Positions 39,170-46,943 of a stretch of DNA of 63,331 bases are shown here, one piece after another. The stretch's first letter is position 1, and each line of letters opens with the position of its first letter. Origin of the DNA: a virus (lineage: Duplodnaviria; Caudoviricetes); the IMG/VR virus record IMGVR_UViG_3300021964_000059, positions 1 to 63,331 of that record. One strand, 5' to 3'. The translations under genes and the position numbers were made by a program. The notes beneath the pieces are model-generated. The model was not told where the DNA came from. It worked only from the letters and a program-made list of their open reading frames with translations, and made no database searches.

Positions 39170-40056
39170 TCGTCGTTAGCCAATTTGGCGAAGTACGACA
39201 TAGTGTCGTCTTCATCAGTGTCAAACGGAATATCATCCGCTGTGACAGGTTCTAACTTAGCCGGAACAGGTTCATTCATTTGAGCCTCTTGCTTCATAGT
39301 AAGAGTGCCAGCTTCTGCCTCTTCACCAAGAACCTTCATTAACTTAGCCTTCAACTCATCATAAGTCTTGTAGTTAGTAGGATCATTGAACTCCTGTAGA
39401 GGATTCAGTTGACTATAGATTGCTTCCAATTCTTCATCAGATGCAAGCTGTGATGGAGACTCAAACTCAGACTTATCATAGTTGCGATAGCCTTCTACGT
39501 TACGAATCTTCAACTTAAAGTTTGCACCTTGCCAAAAGTCAAATGGATTGATTGGATCTTCATCTTGGAATGAAGGCTGCATAACATCCATAATCATGTC
39601 AAAGATTTTCTTACCAAACTGATAGAGGAATACCTTACCCTCATTCTCAGGATTAGATGGATCACTAATAACCTGGATATTGGTTACGTAATGAAGACGG
39701 CGCTTCTGATCACGAGCCTTCTCTTTGTTAGCCTCAATACCTGAGTTCCACAGACGTGAATTCAACTCACCGACGGGATCTGGTTGACCGACAGAAGTCA
39801 AAGACTTCTCAATGTACCACATTCCTGTAGGACCCTTGAATCCATGATCCCAGTAACGTACCCATGGAAGGTCTTCACCTTCTGGTGCAGGTAGGAAACG
39901 GAAGACTGCATATCCATTACCAGCCTTGTCAACTGTAGGCTTCCAGAATCGGTCATCCCCATAGGATTTCTTTTCTTGGGTTCCACCGACTGCATCGGCT
40001 GCTTGAACAAGCTTAGAGATTTGATCGCGATTACGCTTTAGATTTTCGAATGACAT
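39166..40056 (-). CDS. gp32: Single-stranded DNA binding protein
   Basis: DDRFWKP.VDKAGNGYAVFRFLP, HGFKGPTG.WYIE, PFDFWQGANFKLK, acidic tail. Confidence 0.95.
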   Translation of the reverse strand: MSFENLKRNRDQISKLVQAADAVGGTQEKKSYGDDRFWKPTVDKAGNGYAVFRFLPAPEGEDLPWVRYWDHGFKGPTGMWYIEKSLTSVGQPDPVGELNSRLWNSGIEANKEKARDQKRRLHYVTNIQVISDPSNPENEGKVFLYQFGKKIFDMIMDVMQPSFQDEDPINPFDFWQGANFKLKIRNVEGYRNYDKSEFESPSQLASDEELEAIYSQLNPLQEFNDPTNYKTYDELKAKLMKVLGEEAEAGTLTMKQEAQMNEPVPAKLEPVTADDIPFDTDEDDTMSYFAKLANDD

Positions 40057-40134
40057 CGTATTGTCCTTATATTGCTGAAATATGTTACTGTATTATACAC
40101 TATATTTGTACCGATGGGTACACTATTATATAGA

Positions 40135-40368
40135 CTAGTCGAACCTAAGTTCATTAGTTCTTGGCAAGAAATTTAATCGTCTTGCCTCCGCTTCAAGTTT
40201 ATCCTTAATAATTGGATTAATAAACTTTTTGCAGTCTTCAATCTCAATGGAGTTCTGTTCACATAACCATACTATTGCATCCATGTAAGAGAGTTTTTTT
40301 TCAATCACCGTTCTTTCGACAAGCTTTGAAAATTTTGCTCTGGTTAAGAAGTTTTCCTCTACACTCAT
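40135..40368 (-). CDS. gp33: Late transcription coactivator
   Basis: FSKLVE...SYMDAIV..CE...IE.E...K.I...IKDKLEAEA..LNFL. Confidence 0.85.
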   Translation of the reverse strand: MSVEENFLTRAKFSKLVERTVIEKKLSYMDAIVWLCEQNSIEIEDCKKFINPIIKDKLEAEARRLNFLPRTNELRFD

Positions 40369-41090
40369 TTTGTTCTCTTCTTCCTCTTCGCTTTTTGATT
40401 GTCCTTAAATTGCTCAAGGTCTGTAATCATTTTATTGACACACTTGATTCTCCGAGACAACTCTCGCTTACCAAGGTGTCCGTAGGCAGCCTTTGCATCC
40501 TTACATGCTCCATTATGAGCATCTTGATACTCAGGTAATAGACGTTTGAGATATTCAATAACAGGTCCAACAGCCATACCTTTCAGCTCATGGATACGGA
40601 AGGCTGCAACAATATCAAGACATGTACCTTCATCATTAATCCACTCCTCTTCCAGCTGATCAATATCCCGCATTATCGTATTATTGATCTTCATCGCAAG
40701 CCGTTGTTGTGGGGTATATACTTTTTTATTCTTTTCCTCACTAAGAGCAGCTTTTGTGCGTTGAATACCCTTGCCTTTTGCTACCAATGTGTCAATATAT
40801 TCTTTGACCTTATCGCCCAGGTCCTTATATTTTTCCGGAAATTCATATCCATTATTCATCCAATAACAAGCAGCGACAATGCTACCGTACGCAGAGAAAT
40901 TCCACTCGGCATTTAACATAGCAGCACTATAATCTTCTTTTGAATAATTATTTTTGATATAGTTTTTGAGAAGCTTTGATCTGTCCTTCTCATCCAAGCT
41001 GTAGTGAAAATAATAATCAACTTTATTCCAATCACCATCAGTGGGAATATTACGGATACCTGTTTTCAATACACCTTTGTTAGTAGCCAT
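40365..41090 (-). CDS. Hypothetical protein
   Basis: 241 aa coupled ORF. Confidence 0.7.
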   Translation of the reverse strand: MATNKGVLKTGIRNIPTDGDWNKVDYYFHYSLDEKDRSKLLKNYIKNNYSKEDYSAAMLNAEWNFSAYGSIVAACYWMNNGYEFPEKYKDLGDKVKEYIDTLVAKGKGIQRTKAALSEEKNKKVYTPQQRLAMKINNTIMRDIDQLEEEWINDEGTCLDIVAAFRIHELKGMAVGPVIEYLKRLLPEYQDAHNGACKDAKAAYGHLGKRELSRRIKCVNKMITDLEQFKDNQKAKRKKRTK

Positions 41091-41419
41091 CAGTTACGTC
41101 TCATCGTTGCATAATCTACTGGATCATCATCCTTTCCTACTGGGACGATATTGCTTTTGTGGAGGGTGGCGAGACCGATAATGTAGTCCCCTGAATATTG
41201 TTTTCTTTCTCTTTTTGCGGTGCTTTGTGAGTAGAGTTGGTATTGGGTGAGGGACGGAGTGTGCTCAGGTGTGCGTACATATTTCCTGCTCGGAACATAT
41301 TCTTTGAATTCCTCGATCTTTGAAGTTGGAGCTTCGAACTTCTTAGCTCGTTTTAGCTCACTACTATATATACGTAACGCATTTTCACGCGCAAGCTTTT
41401 TCCGTCTGCTTACTGCCAT
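41090..41419 (-). CDS. Conserved-type hypothetical protein
   Basis: C-terminal YSGDYIIGLATLHKSNIVPV...A.MRR. Confidence 0.7.
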   Translation of the reverse strand: MAVSRRKKLARENALRIYSSELKRAKKFEAPTSKIEEFKEYVPSRKYVRTPEHTPSLTQYQLYSQSTAKRERKQYSGDYIIGLATLHKSNIVPVGKDDDPVDYATMRRN

Positions 41420-41601
41420 TCATCATATCCTTTCATTGCCTGGTAGGTATCTATAACACCTGATCCTTCCAAAGCATTATACACTTCCTTTTCGTCCATG
41501 TAAACAGAATTTTCAATAGCTAGGCGAGCGGCCACTTTGCGCTCACGGTCAACTTTCTTAGCAACCCTCTTGATTAGCTGGAGCCGTTGTGATTTTGTCA
41601 T
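41410..41601 (-). CDS. Hypothetical protein
   Basis: MTKSQRLQLIK; ATG 41601 follows GAGAGG. Confidence 0.55.
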   Translation of the reverse strand: MTKSQRLQLIKRVAKKVDRERKVAARLAIENSVYMDEKEVYNALEGSGVIDTYQAMKGYDEWQ

Positions 41602-41749
41602 AATGTAATTTCCTCTCATATTCATGTCTAAGTTCTCTGAGGTTTTTGATCATCTCTTCCACCTCAGATGTTTTATTACTAACCTCTTCTAGGAATCCAA
41701 GTTCCTCGTCAACTTGATCTATTTTTTTAATAATTTCTTCATGCGTCAT
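41558..41749 (-). CDS. Hypothetical coiled-coil protein
   Basis: 63 aa, ATGA-coupled to upstream gene. Confidence 0.55.
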   Translation of the reverse strand: MTHEEIIKKIDQVDEELGFLEEVSNKTSEVEEMIKNLRELRHEYERKLHYDKITTAPANQEGC

Positions 41750-42012
41750 ATTACCAGACCAGTTACAGCTTGAACATAAGCCTTCTGGAATTCCTCATTT
41801 GTTGGAGTGATAAACACATAGTTGCTGATTGTGATCTTTCGAGTCTGTAATTGACCAGAAACACAAACACCTTTTGCAAAACCTAGCCCTTGCTCGTTCT
41901 GCATCAATACACGTGGATCTTCAAGAGAGATCTCCCCGTCCTTTCCATTAATGTATTTACCTACAATTTCTCCTGCTAGAGAAAAAACTGTTACAATATC
42001 ACCTTTTTGCAT
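41746..42012 (-). CDS. Small beta-rich (Sm-like) hypothetical protein
   Basis: KGDIVTV...GEIVGKY...LEDPR; RBS AAGGA. Confidence 0.6.
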   Translation of the reverse strand: MQKGDIVTVFSLAGEIVGKYINGKDGEISLEDPRVLMQNEQGLGFAKGVCVSGQLQTRKITISNYVFITPTNEEFQKAYVQAVTGLVI

Positions 42013-42033
42013 TACTCATTCCTTCTTACATAT

Positions 42034-42107
42034 TGGCCCCGGTGGAGGGAATCGAACCCCCATTAAGGGTTTTGGAGACCCCTGTGTTGCCATTACACCA
42101 CACCGGA
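42034..42107 (-). tRNA. trnW: tRNA-Trp (CCA)
   Basis: Cloverleaf; anticodon arm GGGGT-CTCCAAA-ACCCT; GTTCGATTC; encoded CCA. Confidence 0.92.
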
Positions 42108-42150
42108 AATGGGACTGTCTTTATGGCGCAGTCATTCCAAAAATAAAAGC

Positions 42151-42304
42151 GGAACGGGTGGATTAGGGTAACCACCAAGGGGGTACGATCAGATGTACCT
42201 TTCTACATAGACCCCCAACAACTCGCAACCCCGCTAAGGGTGTGGACGCTATCCCTTTGAGTCTACCTTACCCGCCATCTGCGACAGGCATTCGGTCACG
42301 TTCC
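42151..42304 (-). ncRNA. Expanded tRNA-like structured RNA (~154 nt)
   Basis: Terminal stem GGAACG/CGTTCC stacked on GGTGG/CCACC hairpin, plus internal stems ACC/GGT, AGACTC/GGGTCT, GGTAC/GTACC; GC-rich, lies between tRNAs. Confidence 0.7.
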
Positions 42305-42329
42305 TATCGGTGTTGCAATCACCGAACTC

Positions 42330-42406
42330 TGGTCGGAGTAGATGGATTCGAACCACCGACATCTGCCTCCCAAAGGCAGCGGTCTACCAGACTGACCTAT
42401 ACTCCG
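42330..42406 (-). tRNA. trnP: tRNA-Pro (UGG)
   Basis: Anticodon arm CTGCC-TTTGGGA-GGCAG; GTTCGAATC; CCA end. Confidence 0.95.
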
Positions 42407-42411
42407 TAAAA

Positions 42412-42600
42412 AGTGAACAGTTTGTATGCACATGTTCAGGTGCAGCCTGTTGTCAGGTCTTCAAGCCTGATGCCTAAGCAGCGCAGGAACATAGAATTAG
42501 TGAAGGTTCCGATATCACCCATCGTCACCTACAACCGTTGAGAGAGGTACGAGGTCCCACCTTACGATCGGTGGGTTCGTGGTCCAAAGACCTCTCTGAT
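42412..42600 (-). ncRNA. Structured RNA with 3' H-type pseudoknot (manA-motif candidate)
   Basis: AGAGAGGT/ACCTCTCT enclosing CCCACC/GGTGGG; 3' TGCAC/GTGCA stem whose loop TGAACA pairs with downstream TGTTCA; between two tRNAs. Confidence 0.6.
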
Positions 42601-42606
42601 TTGCTC

Positions 42607-42681
42607 TGGAGTGGACGACAGGAATCGAACCTGCCTAAAACTGATTTGCAGTCAGTCGCCTAACCTATCAGCCACGTCCAC
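42607..42681 (-). tRNA. trnC: tRNA-Cys (GCA)
   Basis: Anticodon arm ACTGA-CTGCAAA-TCAGT; GTTCGATTC; CCA end. Confidence 0.93.
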
Positions 42682-42691
42682 GAAAATGTTT

Positions 42692-42767
42692 TGGCTGGCA
42701 TGACAGGGTTCGAACCTGTGACCGGACGGTTAACAGCCGTCTACTCTACCAACTGAGCTACATGCCA
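42692..42767 (-). tRNA. trnN: tRNA-Asn (GUU)
   Basis: Anticodon arm GACGG-CTGTTAA-CCGTC; GTTCGAACC; CCA end. Confidence 0.95.
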
Positions 42768-42822
42768 CCAAAACACTCTAAACTACCAAATGAGGATGAG
42801 GACTTATTTTGGCTGCCTCGTT

Positions 42823-42872
42823 TCCTCATTTGATGTAAACATTATAATGTAGTTCAATACAAAAGTAAACAA
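42823..42872 (-). promoter_or_regulatory. Early-type (sigma70-like) promoter for tRNA cluster
   Basis: GTTTAC-N18-TATAAT followed by conserved leader TACATCAAATGAGGA. Confidence 0.75.
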
Positions 42873-42929
42873 TTATTTTTAAGTATTTTATTTATTATTT
42901 TTCAATGGTTTACAACATATTATTAAATA

Positions 42930-43006
42930 TGGTGCCCTCACCCCGATTCGAACGGGGAACCCCAAACTTAGAAGGTTTGTGCTCTGTCCAATTGAGCTAT
43001 GAGGAC
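42930..43006 (-). tRNA. trnR: tRNA-Arg (UCU)
   Basis: Anticodon arm CAAAC-CTTCTAA-GTTTG; GTTCGAATC; CCA end. Confidence 0.93.
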
Positions 43007-43008
43007 AA

Positions 43009-43242
43009 TTATCGTTCGAACCGAGTTACTTCTGTAATGATCATATCTATAATATCATTAACCCAAGTAACATCAACCCCGGCTCCCTTAAACATAAAAT
43101 AAGCTGCTGCTAAAAGTACAATAAACAAACCATATTGAGCAACAAATTTAACAACAGCTGAAAATAGACCAATTAGGACTGCTACCACCACTACGAGAGA
43201 GGAGAGAGATATTAGCAGTGATAACAGTTCTGATTGATCCAT
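43009..43242 (-). CDS. Small membrane protein
   Basis: 77 aa, two hydrophobic segments, TAATG-coupled. Confidence 0.65.
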   Translation of the reverse strand: MDQSELLSLLISLSSLVVVVAVLIGLFSAVVKFVAQYGLFIVLLAAAYFMFKGAGVDVTWVNDIIDMIITEVTRFER

Positions 43243-43436
43243 TACACAGGCTCTGTATTCAAATAAGTATCAACAATTTCTTTAAAATCTTCGAGAGATA
43301 TTTCTCCGTACATATCCAGATCTATCTGCTCTCCCGAATCCCTAAAACGCATCTGACGCTTCACAATTTGCCCAGTATTGTTGGACACAACCTCATACGT
43401 CAAACCTTTATATGCATATATTGGATTACCCTTCAT
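43242..43436 (-). CDS. Hypothetical protein
   Basis: MKGNPIYAYK..., 64 aa; ATGA-coupled start at 43436 (ORF track extends it to 43568). Confidence 0.6.
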   Translation of the reverse strand: MKGNPIYAYKGLTYEVVSNNTGQIVKRQMRFRDSGEQIDLDMYGEISLEDFKEIVDTYLNTEPV

Positions 43437-43498
43437 AATGCTGACACTACAACATATTCTACAACGGCAACCACAATCATCAAACCTAAAAATTCCAT
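43433..43498 (-). CDS. 21-aa hydrophobic microprotein
   Basis: MEFLGLMIVVAVVEYVVVSAL; coupled at both ends (TAATG, ATGA) with GGAGG upstream. Confidence 0.5.
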   Translation of the reverse strand: MEFLGLMIVVAVVEYVVVSAL

Positions 43499-43692
43499 TA
43501 CACTCCCTCCAAAAGTTCATAATATTTTTTAACAACTTCATCATACTCGATGTTGAAGTTAAGGGCAACCTTATTAAAAGCCTCTACTGGCTCACCGAGG
43601 TCTTCATAATTCTCTGTTTGAGAAATGATTGCTTCCCTGATCGCATCTTCGCGAATAGATTGTACAAGATCCATAAATTCGTTACCTCTCAT
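43498..43692 (-). CDS. Hypothetical protein
   Basis: 64 aa, TAATG-coupled, GGAGG upstream. Confidence 0.6.
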   Translation of the reverse strand: MRGNEFMDLVQSIREDAIREAIISQTENYEDLGEPVEAFNKVALNFNIEYDEVVKKYYELLEGV

Positions 43693-44087
43693 TACACTTC
43701 CTCCAAATATGCATACTCTTCGTAAGGAAGAGGCTCACAATCATCAGGCAAGCCCTTCTTACACTCAGCCATGAAAGCCTCTGCGGCCTTCTCCTCTTCG
43801 TACTGAAGACGAAGCTGGTAACAGATATTCTCGTAGGTCTGTTCCAGATCTTCAATATCCATCTCGTCCCAAGCAAGACGCATGCGGCAACCGTACAAGT
43901 CCTTTGACGCGTCGCTGATACCATTGATCAGCTCGTTACGCTTGAAATCTTCGGCCGTAAAGACACCGATATCAGCCCAATAGCTCATGTCGTCTGTATA
44001 GTGCGACATCCACAGCCCAGGCTCCTGAGCCATCATCAGGTCCGCTTTAGCGTTCAAGGATTCGATGTGCTGAAGTAATGTAGTCAT
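43692..44087 (-). CDS. Early hypothetical protein
   Basis: MTTLLQHIESLN...; ATG 44087 follows GAGGAG and an early promoter. Confidence 0.7.
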   Translation of the reverse strand: MTTLLQHIESLNAKADLMMAQEPGLWMSHYTDDMSYWADIGVFTAEDFKRNELINGISDASKDLYGCRMRLAWDEMDIEDLEQTYENICYQLRLQYEEEKAAEAFMAECKKGLPDDCEPLPYEEYAYLEEV

Positions 44088-44093
44088 AATTGC

Positions 44094-44145
44094 TCTCCTC
44101 ATTTGATGTAACCATTATCTTACCACTCAAAGAAAATGTCTACAA
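44094..44145 (-). promoter_or_regulatory. Early-type promoter with conserved leader
   Basis: TTGTAGAC-N18-GATAAT-GGTTACATCAAATGAGGAGAG. Confidence 0.7.
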
Positions 44146-44149
44146 CTTT

Positions 44150-44608
44150 TTAACTTTTTTTGCTGAAAACTTTTTTGTTAGATTTCAACAGTTTATATTC
44201 ATCTCGAAGAATAGTTTCAAGTTCATAAGCTTCTTTTTCCCATGGAAGATTCATGTACTCATCTAATGTAGTGTACATGGCAATATGTTCTTCACCTTTC
44301 CATTTTTTTAATGCTATGAACTTTGTATCTTTGAGCTCATTTCTGGCATGCTGCTTGACATGAACCATTTCATGACAAACAGTCTCAATCATGTCGTCTG
44401 TACTTTCTTTTGCATCAATCTCAATGACAAACTCTCTGTTTGTGACAGAGAGACAGAAACCACTATGATATTCTAAATCATTTGATAATTGGATACAAAT
44501 GTCAAGTGTCTTCATTCGAGGCATCAGTCGTTCAATACAAAAATTGACTACATCTTCTGCTAATGCTCGTTTCTTTTTTGTGGAACCCCAAGCGATAATT
44601 TGATTCAT
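44150..44608 (-). CDS. HExxH zinc metallopeptidase-like protein
   Basis: TVCHEMVHVKQ...PWEKEAY; ATG 44608 follows AGGAGAG. Confidence 0.75.
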   Translation of the reverse strand: MNQIIAWGSTKKKRALAEDVVNFCIERLMPRMKTLDICIQLSNDLEYHSGFCLSVTNREFVIEIDAKESTDDMIETVCHEMVHVKQHARNELKDTKFIALKKWKGEEHIAMYTTLDEYMNLPWEKEAYELETILRDEYKLLKSNKKVFSKKS

Positions 44609-44781
44609 ATTCTCTCTCCTTTTATAGGAGTATAAACGATCGTATCCTGAATTACAACCCCTTGCTTGTATTTTTTCAAAGTTTTTTTGATTGCATCTTC
44701 CGGTGAAGTGTTCATCCACTTCAAGTGATGCCAGTCATCACATCCCGGCATTGTGAAGAATACTTTACAGACTGTATTCAT
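44605..44781 (-). CDS. Hypothetical protein
   Basis: MNTVCKVFFTMPG..., ATGA-coupled on both sides. Confidence 0.5.
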   Translation of the reverse strand: MNTVCKVFFTMPGCDDWHHLKWMNTSPEDAIKKTLKKYKQGVVIQDTIVYTPIKGERI

Positions 44782-44945
44782 ACAATCAGTTCTTCTGCAT
44801 TGAGCTTGAGAACCATCAGGTTGGCATAGATCTCTTTGATAAGAGGAGCCACATCTTCCTTTTCCAGGATGTCGGTCAAAGGCCATTCGACTCGACGCTC
44901 TAACATTGATTCAATTTCTTCGATTGTGTTTATCACTTCATTCAT
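44778..44945 (-). CDS. Hypothetical protein (55 aa, missed by ORF track)
   Basis: MNEVINTIEEIESMLERRVEWPLTDILEKEDVAPLIKEIYANLMVLKLNAEELIV; ATGA-coupled, GGAG upstream. Confidence 0.6.
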   Translation of the reverse strand: MNEVINTIEEIESMLERRVEWPLTDILEKEDVAPLIKEIYANLMVLKLNAEELIV

Positions 44946-45427
44946 GCTACATTCTCCAAACGCTTTTGTTCAATCATAGGGTTAACTAGGTCGCGGCGAA
45001 GGTATCGATAGATTGTCTGAAAACATTCACCATGGCCTCGATCTGAGTTCTGCTTGTTCTTTATGTACTCAGGGAACCAGCAGTAGTACGTGTACTGAAT
45101 AAAATGGGATACCTCATGCGCTACAAGACAAAGAAGAATGTCATGATTGTCCTTTACTTCAATACGACCAATGACAGGATCTTTATTGAATCGAGCATAC
45201 TCTGACCATGCAGAGTTACCAAACTGCCAGCACAATGCATTGATCTTGATCATATTCTGACCAGCCCATGAACGTCCATCGCGACGAGCATAGACTTTGA
45301 GACACTTGACAGCATTTTTTACTGCTGTCTTAGGAAGATTCAATTCATACTGTTTCTTCGAAAGATGACGAACACAAAGCTTGACAATGTCCTCGACGAT
45401 CTTTTCTTTTTCGCGTGCAATGCTCAT
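44942..45427 (-). CDS. SprT-like HExxH protein
   Basis: LVAHEVSHFIQY...GHGECFQ. Confidence 0.7.
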   Translation of the reverse strand: MSIAREKEKIVEDIVKLCVRHLSKKQYELNLPKTAVKNAVKCLKVYARRDGRSWAGQNMIKINALCWQFGNSAWSEYARFNKDPVIGRIEVKDNHDILLCLVAHEVSHFIQYTYYCWFPEYIKNKQNSDRGHGECFQTIYRYLRRDLVNPMIEQKRLENVA

Positions 45428-45594
45428 TAGCGAACCACCTTAGCAGTTGCATGAATTTCACCAGCAACATTATCACACAAACGAGCTAGTCGAATACCTT
45501 TCTTCATCGCTTCCAGCTTAGTACGGGCAAAGAGAATAAACGACTCACAGTACATTGCATCTTTACCATTCACTCGAACATCAAACTTACTCAT
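45427..45594 (-). CDS. Early hypothetical protein
   Basis: MSKFDVRVNGK; follows AAGGAGAG and early promoter. Confidence 0.6.
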   Translation of the reverse strand: MSKFDVRVNGKDAMYCESFILFARTKLEAMKKGIRLARLCDNVAGEIHATAKVVR

Positions 45595-45598
45595 ATAT

Positions 45599-45651
45599 CT
45601 CTCCTTCATTTGATGTAGCCATTATCCTACATTATAAAAAAAAGAAAACAT
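45599..45651 (-). promoter_or_regulatory. Early-type promoter with conserved leader
   Basis: GTTTTC-N17-GATAAT-GGCTACATCAAATGAAGGAGAG. Confidence 0.65.
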
Positions 45652-45688
45652 GTTTTTAATAAAAACAAATGATAAAGAAATCAAGTGG

Positions 45689-46309
45689 TTATGAAGCTTT
45701 CTTACCTTTGCTGTGAAGTTCTACTCTAACATTGTCGGAAACAGGGAACTTAATATTATTATGATTATGGTGCAAAACAAATTCCACCTGGTTAAATTCT
45801 TTGAACATATTTGTCCAGATCGGTCTCCAGTTGTTGGCCAACCGGTTTGTGTTCATGTCATCGCGAGGAGAAGGAAGATAAAAATCTGTGCACGATCTCA
45901 AATTGAAATCAAACATCGAATCAAATCCCCACATATGAACAATATCTGGTTTGAACTTTGTGCAGCCAAAGTGAGTACACATGTGGCCACAGTTGAAATC
46001 AGTATAGTTTGCAACATACTTAGGAAGTGTTAGATAAAATTCTTTGATCCTAGGTGCAACCTTCATGTAAAACCCAGGATTCTTTTCCATCCAAATCTTT
46101 GGTCTCATCCCAAGAATCCAGTTACCTGGAGCTTCAATCTCCCCTTCTGTAATTGCTTTCATCATCTTAAAATCAACAATTATGGTTCCATAAGCATTCT
46201 CTACAGGAAATGGTGGAATGTTACAGGTCAGGTTTAGCCCTTTGCGAGGTGCCTCGTTATAAAAATGTGCATTGTCACCATTGCCAACAATGTGTACAAC
46301 CCTAGGCAT
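45689..46309 (-). CDS. Putative sugar transferase (DUF115/GT29-GT42-like Rossmann motif)
   Basis: VHIVGNG, TCN, FNCGH, VHMWGFD motifs; last gene of glycan cluster. Confidence 0.5.
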   Translation of the reverse strand: MPRVVHIVGNGDNAHFYNEAPRKGLNLTCNIPPFPVENAYGTIIVDFKMMKAITEGEIEAPGNWILGMRPKIWMEKNPGFYMKVAPRIKEFYLTLPKYVANYTDFNCGHMCTHFGCTKFKPDIVHMWGFDSMFDFNLRSCTDFYLPSPRDDMNTNRLANNWRPIWTNMFKEFNQVEFVLHHNHNNIKFPVSDNVRVELHSKGKKAS

Positions 46310-46943
46310 TCATTTGTCTCCTAATTTCATCTTTGCCTTTCTGACCTGTCCAGTGAGTTATTAGTTCACCTTTTGGCCTTCGGCCATCAATAATATCTAA
46401 TCTGAGCACATTATATTTGTGCGGAAGGTCTTTTATATATGACATCTTTGTAATTGGATTTAACATTGTGTGGAGGACTTCTTGGTCTCCCCGAACAGTT
46501 GTTTCTTCCACCTGTTGGTCCCACAGTTTAAGAATCTGTGGCTTACCTTGAAAGGCGACAATTCCTGAATTATGCCAAATCTCTTGTCGGCGCTTTGTCC
46601 AAGGATGGTCGATAACCATAGACAACTTCTCCGGCTCAACCTCTTCGAAGATGCTACTGATATCCCCGTGGACCTGACAGTCTGTATCAATCCAACAGGT
46701 TTTATCTGCTGGACAATGAACCATTGATTTTGGTTTGAGGAACCATCCCTTGCCTTTGAACTTCGATAAGTCTAAGACACCGACTGCTTTGGTTTGAATG
46801 TATTTTAGCATATCGGAGGAGATGCCAAAGTTTGCAAAGACCAACGGAGTATTATTATGTTTTTCGTAGTTCTCTACAAACCATGGCAACATCCATTCTG
46901 TATTCTCATCACATCCTGTTAAAAAGGCTTCAGAGTATCTCAT
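46302..46943 (-). CDS. Putative glycosyltransferase (GT8-like)
   Basis: GWFLKP, WIDTDC, HNSGIV, GDQEVL, YNVLR, HWTG. Confidence 0.75.
   Translation of the reverse strand: MRYSEAFLTGCDENTEWMLPWFVENYEKHNNTPLVFANFGISSDMLKYIQTKAVGVLDLSKFKGKGWFLKPKSMVHCPADKTCWIDTDCQVHGDISSIFEEVEPEKLSMVIDHPWTKRRQEIWHNSGIVAFQGKPQILKLWDQQVEETTVRGDQEVLHTMLNPITKMSYIKDLPHKYNVLRLDIIDGRRPKGELITHWTGQKGKDEIRRQMNA

Noticed and set aside
42307-42325. TCGGTG/CACCGA hairpin as a separate element or terminator
   Set aside because: Short, no U-tract; most simply a spacer or processing hairpin between tRNA-Pro and the tRNA-like RNA.
42034-43006. Suppressor tRNAs or an alternative genetic code
   Set aside because: All five anticodons are standard sense; core genes are full length under code 11 and TAA, TAG and TGA all act as stops.
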